Origin: Phycisphaerales bacterium | GTDB taxonomy: Bacteria; Planctomycetota; Phycisphaerae; Phycisphaerales; UBA1924 | Assembly: GCA_044375915.1 (NCBI GenBank) | Contig: JBILLU010000001.1 | Coordinates: 1-52,698 of the forward strand | Reading direction: 5' to 3' | Length of the DNA stretch: 52,698 nt | Shown here: one piece after another, positions 8,799 through 17,552 of the stretch | How positions within the stretch are numbered: the first letter of the stretch is position 1 | How the letters are laid out: each line of letters begins with the position of its first letter | Program-made: the position numbers and the translations under genes | Notes under the pieces: model-generated | Told to the model about the DNA's origin: nothing | Database searches by the model: none | Seen by the model: only the letters and a program-made list of their open reading frames with translations

Positions 8799-8917
8799 GG
8801 GAAAGGGAGAAGGGCAGGAGCGGTACAGGGAAGCAGGGAAACACCCCGCTCTTCCGGCCGCGTTCGGTCCGATCCCCTGCTCCGCTGCTCCTCTCCTCCC
8901 CTGCTCCCCTTCTTCCC
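8799..8917 (+). other. Purine-rich / pyrimidine-rich mirrored spacer between infB and the DUF503 gene
   Basis: 8799-8841 is almost pure purine (GGGAAAGGGAGAAGGGCAGGAGCGGTACAGGGAAGCAGGG). 8874-8917 is almost pure pyrimidine (CCCCTGCTCCGCTGCTCCTCTCCTCCCCTGCTCCCCTTCTTCCC). The two arms are partially complementary. Confidence 0.6.
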
Positions 8918-9415
8918 ATGATCCTCGGCATGCTCCATTTCGAGGTCCTCGTCCACGGCGCCACCTCGCTCAAGGACAAACGCCGGGTCGTGCAATCGCT
9001 CAAGGACCGCCTTCACCGCGAACACCTCTGCTCCATCGCCGAGGTCGGTGATCCAGACATCCTCAATTGCGCCGTGATGGGCCTCGCCGTCGTTTGCCGC
9101 GACGGCAATCGCGCCGGCGAAGTGCTCGACGCCATCTCCCTCAAGCTCCGGGAGACCCGCGACGGTGAGATTACCTCGATCCGCCGCCAGGTCCTCCACG
9201 CCATGGACTCGGGCGACCCGTCCGATTCCGACTCCGACACCATCGCCGACCCCAAATCCGGCGACGGCTCCGATCACGAAACCGACGCCCTTATGCTCGA
9301 CCGCGCACTCGATGCCGACCTCCTCCGCCAGATCGAAGAAGCACATCAAGAGCTCGATCGCTCGCTTGGCACCGACGCATCGTCGCAAGGCGTGAACTCC
9401 AGGAGGTCCGCATGA
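8918..9415 (+). CDS. DUF503 (YlxP-like) protein with acidic C-terminal tail
   Basis: MILGMLHFEVLVHGATSLKDKRRVVQSLKDRLHREH..SIAEVG matches the DUF503 signature (SLKDKRRVV.S.KDRL). It holds the canonical position between infB and rbfA. Its stop overlaps the rbfA start (ATGA). Confidence 0.85.
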   Translation: MILGMLHFEVLVHGATSLKDKRRVVQSLKDRLHREHLCSIAEVGDPDILNCAVMGLAVVCRDGNRAGEVLDAISLKLRETRDGEITSIRRQVLHAMDSGDPSDSDSDTIADPKSGDGSDHETDALMLDRALDADLLRQIEEAHQELDRSLGTDASSQGVNSRRSA

Positions 9416-9834
9416 GCCGACGCACCGAGCAGCTCGCCTCCGTCCTCCGCGAGGAGATCCAACGCGTCATCGACCGCGGCATCAACGATCCCCGCGTCAG
9501 CGGGCTCGTCACCGTCACCGAGGTCAACGTCTCCGCCGATCTCGCCGACGCCACGATTCTCGTGTCCTTCCTCCCGGCCGAAAAGGCCGATCTGGGCCTC
9601 CACGGCATCCGCGCCGCGGGCAGCTACATCCGCAACCAAGCCGGCAAGAACGTCCGCAGCCGAAAGCTTCCACGCTTCCACTTCGACGCCGACGATCGAT
9701 CACGAAAGCAAGCCGAGGTGATGCAGGCCCTCATCAAGGTCCGCGAGGAGAACGAAGCCCGCGGCATCGCCCCACCCCCCGCAATCGACCCCACAGCCCC
9801 CACGCCCCCCACCGACCCGAGCCCCAAGCCATGA
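9412..9834 (+). CDS. rbfA: Ribosome-binding factor A
   Basis: MSRRTEQLASVLREEIQRVIDRGINDPRVSGLVTVTEVNVSADLADATILVS is the RbfA pattern. AGGAGG lies 6 nt upstream of ATG 9412. Confidence 0.9.
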   Translation: MSRRTEQLASVLREEIQRVIDRGINDPRVSGLVTVTEVNVSADLADATILVSFLPAEKADLGLHGIRAAGSYIRNQAGKNVRSRKLPRFHFDADDRSRKQAEVMQALIKVREENEARGIAPPPAIDPTAPTPPTDPSPKP

Positions 9835-10625
9835 GCCCGACCGATCCCAGCAAGGCCCTCGCCTCGCTGCTCAAAAAGCTCTCGTCCCGCTACCCCGACG
9901 CAGCCCCCGAGCCGCTCGGTGCCGGCGTCGAAGAGGGCGTCGATCCGCTGCTCCACCTCTACGTCTACTCGTTCCTGCTCTGGGACGCCACGTCCGGACA
10001 GGCCCGCGCCGCCTTGAAGCGCCTCCGCGACAACTTCGTTGACTTCAATGAACTCCGCGTCGCCTTCGCCGACGAGATCGCCGCGTCGTTCGGCGAACGC
10101 TACCCCCGTGGCTACGAACGCGCCCTCCGCCTCCGCTCCAGCCTCCACGACATCTTCAACCGCGAGCACGCACTCACCCTCGGACGCATCGCCGAACTCT
10201 CGAAGCGTGAAGCCCGTGGGTATCTCGAATCACTCGACGGCACGCCTGCGTACGTCGCCTCCCGCGTCTTCCTCCTCGGGCTCGGCGGCCACGCCATTCC
10301 GGTCGATCAGCGCATCGCCGATCTCCTCGCCGAGGAAGCCGTCCTCAGCGACGACGTCACCGACGCCGACTCCGCGGCATCATGGCTCGAACGTCAAGTC
10401 CGTGCTGGCGAAGCCGCCCACACCGCGACGATCCTGCAAGCCTGGTCCGACGACGAAGGTGCAATGCCCAAACGCGATCGCCGCGCCGACGCGCCGGATT
10501 TCTCGCCCCCCGAGATTCCCCCGCCCGTCCAGCTCGAACAGCCCGAAAGCGCCAAAGCCGCCAAGCGAGTCGCCAAGAAGAAGAAACCCGCCAAGAAGTC
10601 CAAGGGCGCATCCTCGAAATCCTGA
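9831..10625 (+). CDS. Hypothetical protein, possible HhH-GPD (endonuclease III-like) fold, Lys-rich tail
   Basis: ATG overlaps the rbfA stop (ATGA). YLESLDGTPAYVASRVFLLGLGGHAIPVDQRIADLL resembles the helix-hairpin-helix/Gly-Pro...Asp region of EndoIII-like proteins. No Fe-S Cys cluster. The C-terminus is AKRVAKKKKPAKKSKG. Confidence 0.5.
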   Translation: MSPTDPSKALASLLKKLSSRYPDAAPEPLGAGVEEGVDPLLHLYVYSFLLWDATSGQARAALKRLRDNFVDFNELRVAFADEIAASFGERYPRGYERALRLRSSLHDIFNREHALTLGRIAELSKREARGYLESLDGTPAYVASRVFLLGLGGHAIPVDQRIADLLAEEAVLSDDVTDADSAASWLERQVRAGEAAHTATILQAWSDDEGAMPKRDRRADAPDFSPPEIPPPVQLEQPESAKAAKRVAKKKKPAKKSKGASSKS

Positions 10626-10714
10626 ACCCCCGCCCACCCCCCGGCGCTACGACAGAGTCCCTTGACGACTCCAGAACGACACGCCTCTCGGATCGCCCCC
10701 ACGGAACGACACCA

Positions 10715-13700
10715 ATGAACCGGCCCGCCCGCCCTCGGCACGGATCGCTGAACGCTCGCCGCCTCCTGACCGCGCCAATCGCGCCGCCGGTCCTGCTGCT
10801 CATCACCGTCGCCGGAACACTCGGCGCCTGTGCCACCGACGCTCGTCACACGGCATCCACGAACACGACGCAGGCCCCGATCATCGTTGATCGCCCCGCC
10901 GATTCCACCATCCCTCGTGCGATCTGGGTGCTTCGAACCGCCACGCCGAAATCTCCGAAGTCGCCGCCGTCCTCTCCACTGCCGCCCCCGCCAGGCATCG
11001 ACGCCACACGCATCACCGCTGCGTCAGCGACCGACGCGAACGCGTCACGCACGCTCGACGAGGTTGTCCCCGAACTCGCCAAGTCGATCGCGCTCCCGAC
11101 GCCGACCGATGCCGAGCCGACCGACGAAGCCCGGAGCGAAGCGGTTCGCCTCTACATCAATGGCCGCACCGCGCTCGCCAGCGGCGACGCGCAACAAGCC
11201 CAGACACTCCTTACCGAAGCCGCCGGCAAGGACCCCACCGCCGCCGCCGTCTGGCGTGAACTCGCCGAGGCACAACTCCGCCTCGGACGCCGCACCCTTG
11301 CGACCTCGTCGTATCTCCAAGCCGCCCGCCGCGGCCTCGACGAATCCCGCGTCTGGCTCGCCCTCGGCCGCGACGCTCAGCAGCGCAGCGACTCGAAACG
11401 GGCCGCCGCCTTCTTCGCCAAGGCACGCCTCGCACCCGACGCTGACGCCGACGCCGGCATGCCCTTCGTCATCGACGCCGAGCTCGGACAGTCGCTGCTC
11501 GCCCAGGGCTACTCGACCGCCGCGGCAAGCGCTCTCGCCAAAGCAGCCGACCTGCCCGACACCTTCACCGCCCAGACCAACCTGCGCCAGGACCTCGGTG
11601 AGGTCTATCGCCGTCGCGGAGAACTCCTTGAACTGGCCGGCGATATCGCCCTGCGGCTTGGCGACAACGCCGCGGCACTCGAACGCTACACGCTTGCCAG
11701 CAAGCTCCCCTCGCTCGATGCTGGCTCCTCACTGCTGCGTCTCGTCTACGCCAGCGCCCTGCTCGGTGAAGAAACCCGCGGCGCCGAAGCGCTCATCGAT
11801 CGGATCCTCGCCAGCGGCGGGTGGATCGAAGATCGCCAGCTCCTGCTCGTCAACTACCTCGCCACCAACACCGACCTGGGTCCGGCGCGCGCTCGCGCCT
11901 TCGCCGTCCTGCCTCAGGATCTCGCCGACGCAAACGTCGCGCTCACACCGACGCTCGAGTCGCGACTCCTCCGCGCTCGCGCCGCCGCCGACACACGGAA
12001 CGGCGTTGCGCTGCTCCGCGACCACCTCGCGACCCACCCGCGCGATACCCAGGTCGCCGCGGACCTCTTCGCACGCCTGAGCACCAGCCCCAACGCCCTC
12101 GCAACCCAGGCGCTCGCCATCGCCGACGCCGCACCCCAGGCCGCCGTCCGCCTCGCCGACGCGTTGGTCGCCGAAGGCCGCGGCCTCAGCTCCGCTCGCG
12201 ACACCATCCGCTCGCGGGCTTCCACTCCGGGCCAGAAGATCCTCCAGTCGTGGCTCGAATTGCGACTGGGCCGCGCCGATCTCGCATGGAAAGCCGCCGA
12301 ATCCGTCAACGCCGCGGCACTCACGGACCCCGAAGCCCGCGCCGTCGCCCTTGGCGTCAAGCTCCGGGCCGCACTCGATACCGGCAACTTCGCCGCCGCA
12401 TCCGACGTGGTTGACGCACTCCGCGTTGACGAGGCCATTCCGCTCTCGCTCCGCGCCTCCTCGCTCCTCGACGCCGGCGACGTCGACACCGTCAAGAAGC
12501 TCGCCGCCGCCTACACCACCGGCAGCATCCCCGAAGACGCCGACGAGCGCATCGGCACCGCCGAGCTGCTCGCCCGTCATGACCGCGCCACCGACGCGGC
12601 CGATCTTCTCAACCTCACGCTCGCCACCGACCGCTACGACGAGCGTGCCCATCAGAGTCTCCTCGCGCTCTACCTCCCCGGTGGGCCGCTGCGCGACGAC
12701 GCCAAGATCGCGTCGACATCCCGCGCCCTGCGCGACGCCATTCCCACATCTCGCGTCATCCGCTGGCTCGCCACCGGCGAACTCGCCCAGCGTGAGCTCT
12801 GGACGCAGGCCGAGGCATCCCTGATCGCTCTCAGCGAAGAGTCGTCGCCGGATCCCGCACTCATCGACCAACTCGTCATCTGCTGGGAACGCCAGAATGT
12901 CCAGCAGCGCGACGCGGTCGGCGACAACGCCGTCCTGAACCGCGCTTCCGCCTGGCTCGACGCCAAGCTCCAGCGCCACCCCGAGAGCGTCTACCTCCTC
13001 GCCGCCAAGGCTCGGATCGACGAACTCAGCGCCCGGCCGGCCGACGCCGACAAGCGCCTCGCCGCGCTGCTTGAGAAGTTCCCGATAGGAGGCCTCTCCC
13101 GCCAGCGCGAGCGTCTGCTCCGCGGCCCGCTTCAGGATCCCGCCGCCGCAGACAAGCTCGCCCTCGCCCGCCTCGATCACCTCCCCCGGAGCGTGGACGA
13201 GTCGCTCGAACTGGCCGAACTTCACGCCGCCGCCGGCCGCAACACAGAAACCGCAAAGGCGATCTCCCAGGGCATCCCTGCCGACGTGGTTCTGAACACC
13301 GCCCAACGCGACCGCCTCCTCGCCTTCGTCAATCAGCAGGCCGCCGCCGCGACCAAGGACGAAAAGGGCGCCGCCGCAGCCGAAGCGCTCACCCTTCTCG
13401 ACCACGTCGCCACGCTTCGCCTCGACCTGCCCCGCGCGGTTCGCGAAGCTCGCCTCACCCTCCTTGCCACCCACCGCCCCACCGATGTCGACGCGCTCGT
13501 CGCCGCCGCAAGCGAACTCGCACGCCTCTTCCCCGACGGCTCCACTCAGATCATCGCACGCACCGCCGATCGCCTCACCAAGTCCGCAGCCCCCAGCGGT
13601 GCCCCTCGCTTCCTGCGCGATGCTCTGCCCGCGGTCAAGGAACCGACCACCCAGCTCTACGCCTACCTCTTCTACTTCCTGACCGCCCGCTACGGCACCG

Positions 13701-14437
13701 CCGCAGACATCGCCCCGTCGGTCGCATTGCTCAGTGCATCCGAGCGGACCCAAATCGTTCCCGAGCTCGCCGCATTCCAGGACCAGGACGAAGTTCCCGC
13801 CGCTCACGAAGCCAAGATCACCCACATCCTCTACCGCGTCGCCAACAACGCCACGCTCGAATCCCGGACCGACCTTGCCGTCGAGCTCTACAAGGCCGTC
13901 CTCGCCCGCGACCCCAACCACGCAATGGCCGCGAACAACCTCGCGTACCACTACATCGAGTTCGACGGCGATCTCGCCGAAGCCGAGCGCCTCCTGCTCG
14001 TCGCCTACACGCAGAACCCCACCGCCTCGAGCATCCTCGACTCCTTCGGCTGGCTCCGCTATCACCAGGGCCGGCTGAAGGACGGCCGCGACGACGTCGG
14101 CAACCTGGTCGAGCCCGGCGCGCTCTCCCTGCTCGCCCGCGCCCTCGAAACTCCGGACGGCGCCGACAACGCCGTCATCGCCGATCACTACGGCGACGCA
14201 CTCTGGTCCGCCGGCGAGAAGCAGAAGGCCAAAGACATGTGGGAACTCGCCCGCGTCTCCGGCAAACGCACCGTCGATCAGATCAATAGCGCCCGCAGCC
14301 AACCCGGCGTCGATCCCGAGGCCTTTCAGGTGCAGCTCAACGAATTCAAGAAGACGCTCAACGGCGTCGACGAGAAGCTCAAGGCCGTCGCCGAAAACCG
14401 CGAACCCCCCATCACCCCCAAGCGCGGCGTGAAGTAA
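10715..14437 (+). CDS. Large TPR-repeat lipoprotein
   Basis: ATG 10715 gives MNRPARPRHGSLNARRLL...LLITVAGTLGAC, a signal peptide with lipobox. The body is Ala/Leu-rich and helical, with TPR-like segments (e.g. AVELYKAVLARDPNHAMAANNLAYHY). The longer ORF-track start at 10382 overlaps the previous gene. Confidence 0.75.
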   Translation: MNRPARPRHGSLNARRLLTAPIAPPVLLLITVAGTLGACATDARHTASTNTTQAPIIVDRPADSTIPRAIWVLRTATPKSPKSPPSSPLPPPPGIDATRITAASATDANASRTLDEVVPELAKSIALPTPTDAEPTDEARSEAVRLYINGRTALASGDAQQAQTLLTEAAGKDPTAAAVWRELAEAQLRLGRRTLATSSYLQAARRGLDESRVWLALGRDAQQRSDSKRAAAFFAKARLAPDADADAGMPFVIDAELGQSLLAQGYSTAAASALAKAADLPDTFTAQTNLRQDLGEVYRRRGELLELAGDIALRLGDNAAALERYTLASKLPSLDAGSSLLRLVYASALLGEETRGAEALIDRILASGGWIEDRQLLLVNYLATNTDLGPARARAFAVLPQDLADANVALTPTLESRLLRARAAADTRNGVALLRDHLATHPRDTQVAADLFARLSTSPNALATQALAIADAAPQAAVRLADALVAEGRGLSSARDTIRSRASTPGQKILQSWLELRLGRADLAWKAAESVNAAALTDPEARAVALGVKLRAALDTGNFAAASDVVDALRVDEAIPLSLRASSLLDAGDVDTVKKLAAAYTTGSIPEDADERIGTAELLARHDRATDAADLLNLTLATDRYDERAHQSLLALYLPGGPLRDDAKIASTSRALRDAIPTSRVIRWLATGELAQRELWTQAEASLIALSEESSPDPALIDQLVICWERQNVQQRDAVGDNAVLNRASAWLDAKLQRHPESVYLLAAKARIDELSARPADADKRLAALLEKFPIGGLSRQRERLLRGPLQDPAAADKLALARLDHLPRSVDESLELAELHAAAGRNTETAKAISQGIPADVVLNTAQRDRLLAFVNQQAAAATKDEKGAAAAEALTLLDHVATLRLDLPRAVREARLTLLATHRPTDVDALVAAASELARLFPDGSTQIIARTADRLTKSAAPSGAPRFLRDALPAVKEPTTQLYAYLFYFLTARYGTAADIAPSVALLSASERTQIVPELAAFQDQDEVPAAHEAKITHILYRVANNATLESRTDLAVELYKAVLARDPNHAMAANNLAYHYIEFDGDLAEAERLLLVAYTQNPTASSILDSFGWLRYHQGRLKDGRDDVGNLVEPGALSLLARALETPDGADNAVIADHYGDALWSAGEKQKAKDMWELARVSGKRTVDQINSARSQPGVDPEAFQVQLNEFKKTLNGVDEKLKAVAENREPPITPKRGVK

Positions 14438-14443
14438 CCATCG

Positions 14444-14474
14444 CCCTGCCCCACTGCCCCACTGCTCCACTTCC
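14444..14474 (+). repeat. C-rich leader element, copy 2
   Basis: CCCTGCCCCACTG-CCCCACTGCTCCACTTCC, ending 14 nt before the yebC ATG. It equals copy 1 minus an 8-nt insert. Confidence 0.85.
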
Positions 14475-14488
14475 CCACTTTTCATCCC

Positions 14489-15280
14489 ATGGCTGGCCAC
14501 AACAAATGGTCCAAAATCAAGCACCGCAAGGCCGTCGTTGACAAACGCCGCGGCAAGGTGTGGACCAAGTGCTCCAAGGCGATCATCGTCGCCGCCAAGA
14601 ACGGCGGCGGCGATCCCGTCACCAATCTCGCCCTCCGCTACGCCATCGACGAAGCCCGCTACGCCAACATGCCGCGCGAGACCATCGAACGCGCGATCCA
14701 GAAGGGCGCCCACGGCGGCACCGGCGAGAATTACGAGCCCGTTCGCTACGAGGGCTACGGCCCCGGCGGCGTCGCCATCATCGTCGACGCCCTCACCGAC
14801 AACCGCACCCGCACCGTCGGCGACCTGCGCCTCGCCTTCGGCGACCACGGCGGCAGCCTCGGCAACTCCGGCTGCGTCGGCTACATGTTCCAGCCAAAGG
14901 GCCGCATCCTGGTCAACGCTCCCGGCGTCAGCGAAGACCGCATGATGGAACTCGCCATCGAGGCCGGTGCCGACGACTGCGTCGCGCCCGATGACCCCAG
15001 CGAAGAACCCTGGACCATCCTCTGCGCCGTGGCCGCTTTCCAGAGCGTGAAGGAAGCCATCGAGAAGGCTGGCGCTGCCCCTGCTCACTCGGGCCCGAAC
15101 CCCCATTCCAAGGCCAACGCTTCGCCGAACCTTTCCATCACCATCGCCGAAGCCGAGATCGCCATGGTCCCCAACGACACCGTCGACGTGACGGGCGAAG
15201 CCGCGGATGCACTGGGCGAACTCATCGAAGCCATCGAAGACCTTGATGACGTTCAGAAGGTCTACACCAACGCAGGATGA
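14489..15280 (+). CDS. yebC: YebC/PmpR family DNA-binding regulator
   Basis: MAGHNKWSKIKHRKAVVDKRRGKVWTKCSKAIIVAAKNGGGDP..NLALRYAIDEARYANMPRETIERAI is the canonical YebC N-terminus. Confidence 0.95.
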   Translation: MAGHNKWSKIKHRKAVVDKRRGKVWTKCSKAIIVAAKNGGGDPVTNLALRYAIDEARYANMPRETIERAIQKGAHGGTGENYEPVRYEGYGPGGVAIIVDALTDNRTRTVGDLRLAFGDHGGSLGNSGCVGYMFQPKGRILVNAPGVSEDRMMELAIEAGADDCVAPDDPSEEPWTILCAVAAFQSVKEAIEKAGAAPAHSGPNPHSKANASPNLSITIAEAEIAMVPNDTVDVTGEAADALGELIEAIEDLDDVQKVYTNAG

Positions 15281-15289
15281 CACCGAGTC

Positions 15290-15913
15290 TCACGCCCGCC
15301 GCACCCGCATCAGCGGCAGCGCCCACAGCAGCCCCGACGCGATGCCGAAGAAGCTCACCAGCAGCGTCATCACGGCGTGCGTCGCACCGATGTTGATCAT
15401 GTTCAGCATCGCCCCAAGCTGGGTCATGTTGAGCCATGCCCAGACCAGTGCCGCGGCGATCACGAGCGATCCGCCCGCGACCCACGCGAACAGCCACCAC
15501 TGACGCCGCCGCAACGCCGGCATCACCTCCCGCGATCGCCCACCCGGGGCGATCGCCGCGACGAGGACCGCGATCAACCACAACACCAGCGGCATCGCGG
15601 CGATGATGCCCGGATGGACGCCGCCAACGACCCACGCGAACTGCTCGATGACGAGTCCGAGCCACACGCCGCAGCCGGGGGCGAGAAGCACGAGAATCCA
15701 TGATTTCAGCCACGCATCGCGCTCGGTCTGAGCCGCGAAGGCAAAGTCCATGGGGCTCTGCCGCCCGCCGCACTCGGGGCAGACCATGCCCTTGGGGAGC
15801 CACGAGACGTCGTAGCCGCACCAAGGGCAGGGAATGGGTTCCGCAGGGCGAGGCTTCTGGAGTGGCTGGGGCGCAGGAGGCACGGGGTCCTCCGAGGTGG
15901 CGGGCTGCTGCAC
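15290..15913 (-). CDS. Zinc-ribbon membrane protein (4 predicted TM helices)
   Basis: CPWCGYDVSWLPKGMVCPECG (CxxC-N12-CxxC) followed by four hydrophobic helices. The ORF extends to 16216, but that would overlap the upstream gene by 200 nt. The first plausible start after that stop is GTG 15911-15913. Start is uncertain. Confidence 0.55.
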   Translation of the reverse strand: MQQPATSEDPVPPAPQPLQKPRPAEPIPCPWCGYDVSWLPKGMVCPECGGRQSPMDFAFAAQTERDAWLKSWILVLLAPGCGVWLGLVIEQFAWVVGGVHPGIIAAMPLVLWLIAVLVAAIAPGGRSREVMPALRRRQWWLFAWVAGGSLVIAAALVWAWLNMTQLGAMLNMINIGATHAVMTLLVSFFGIASGLLWALPLMRVRRA

Positions 15914-16016
15914 TCCGATTCGTGTGGGAACGAGAGTGGGTGCCAGAATTCCGGCACCGCTCGAAGAAAGGCCTCCTGCCGCCTTTGGCCGCCGACACTC
16001 CGGCCGCTCGCCGCCT

Positions 16017-17552
16017 TCATGCCGCGGCCCGTGCCGTCGCGGTCGGGCGGAGCCATCGGTGCAGCAACACCACGGCCGAAAGCGACACGAAGATCGCCGC
16101 CGCCAGCGCAAGGGCCGACCACAGCACGACGCGGAAGACCCGACGCTCGAGGCCGTTGGCCAGCTCTTCGAACTGGCGCTGGTGCTTGCCCCACGCGTCC
16201 GGCGCGAGAGCGGCATCGGTGGTCTTCAACAACGCGTTCAGTTCACGAACAGCCTCACCCGCCTTCTCGGTGACATCGCGATACTCGCGAATATCGAACG
16301 GGCGACCGGGAGGAGCGTTGGGATCGGGTTCGCCCTGCAGTTGCTTCACGCGTTCGAGCGTGCGTCCGACCGAGTCGCTCAACGCCGTCGCAGACTCGAC
16401 GGCACCTTTCGCGTCCCCCACCATGCCGCGGATCGCCTCATGGCGTTCGTCGAACGCGGCGAGCAACGCCCGCCGTTCCGCGGCCACACCTTCCAGGAGC
16501 GCCGCACGCTCTTTGCCAAGATTCACGGTCATTCGATCGAGTTCGCCAGCGAGGACATCGCCCGCCTGATCGAGCGCCGCGCGGCGTTCGGCGGTGAGCA
16601 ACTCGGGGTACTTCTCGCCCAGTTCCGCCAGCTTCGCCGCCGTCGCCCGGAACGACTCCAACTGTGCCACAAGCCCGCCGACCTCCGGCGTCGCGAACGA
16701 GCGGCTGAGCATCAGCTCTGACCGCCACTGCAGCAGCGCCGGGGCTTTCTGCACATAGAAGTACACACGCTCTGCGAGCAAGCGAGATTCCGTCACCTCC
16801 CGCACCGCAGGCGAGAGCGAGGACAACGGATCGAGACCGATGGCCGCCAAAAGGCTCTTTGGCGCTTCAAAGGCCTTCTGCTCGGTCGAGCGGATGATGC
16901 GGCTGGCGCGGATGCTGGTGACGAACACCTGGGTGATGTACTGCTTGCGGATCTCCCCCGCCAGCACCCGAAGGTCCGCCACCTCCGCCTCGGACATCTC
17001 GCCCGAAGCGATCGTCCAGATCTCCTTCTCCAGCCGCGCGAGCGCGTCCATCATGTTGTACGACGCGTCGTCGCCGAATCGCTTGGACCAGAAATCCTTC
17101 CACACGCCGTGCTCGAGCGTGACCATCACCGCCAGGTCGAACATCGCCGCACGCGAGTTCCCGCCGGTGACGATCTCCACCACCGCTTCTGCGCCCTCGA
17201 CCTTGGACCGCAGGGCCGCCTCTCGGAGCTGCTGCACCATCGGCGCCATCTCGGGCTTGTCCGCGTTGGCCATGGTCACCACCAGCAACGCGTTGTCGAT
17301 CGCCTGGGCTTTCAGCGCGATGTACGTGTCGGCGAAGCCCATCAGCGTTGCCTGCAGGTCCTTCTGCGTCCGCGCCGTCGCCGCGTCCGCGGCGGCGACC
17401 TTTTCAGAATCTCCACCCCCGAACGGCCAGCCCGACCCGCCATCGGATCCCGCGCAGCCGGCAATCAACAAGACGCCGGCCAGCATCGCTGCTCCGACGT
17501 TCCGCCCTCGGGGGCGGGCCCAATCACGAATGCACGTGCTGCGAGTTCTCAC
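16017..17552 (-). CDS. Uncharacterised helical lipoprotein with C-terminal TM anchor
   Basis: GTG 17550-17552 overlaps the stop of the upstream gene (GTGA). The N-terminus ...AAMLAGVLLIAGC is a lipobox. The body is Ala/Glu/Arg/Leu-rich. The C-terminal hydrophobic helix is VFRVVLWSALALAAAIFVSLSAVVLL. Confidence 0.65.
   Translation of the reverse strand: MRTRSTCIRDWARPRGRNVGAAMLAGVLLIAGCAGSDGGSGWPFGGGDSEKVAAADAATARTQKDLQATLMGFADTYIALKAQAIDNALLVVTMANADKPEMAPMVQQLREAALRSKVEGAEAVVEIVTGGNSRAAMFDLAVMVTLEHGVWKDFWSKRFGDDASYNMMDALARLEKEIWTIASGEMSEAEVADLRVLAGEIRKQYITQVFVTSIRASRIIRSTEQKAFEAPKSLLAAIGLDPLSSLSPAVREVTESRLLAERVYFYVQKAPALLQWRSELMLSRSFATPEVGGLVAQLESFRATAAKLAELGEKYPELLTAERRAALDQAGDVLAGELDRMTVNLGKERAALLEGVAAERRALLAAFDERHEAIRGMVGDAKGAVESATALSDSVGRTLERVKQLQGEPDPNAPPGRPFDIREYRDVTEKAGEAVRELNALLKTTDAALAPDAWGKHQRQFEELANGLERRVFRVVLWSALALAAAIFVSLSAVVLLHRWLRPTATARAAA

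Noticed and set aside
11729-15283. 1184-aa ORF antisense to the TPR lipoprotein gene and yebC
   Set aside because: Same high-GC antisense artefact. It spans two well-supported sense genes and their intergenic spacer.
15914-16216. N-terminal 100-codon extension of the zinc-ribbon ORF
   Set aside because: It would overlap the 3' end of the upstream 511-aa gene by 200 nt in another frame. The sequence is Arg/Ser/Pro-rich junk, so I use the downstream GTG instead.
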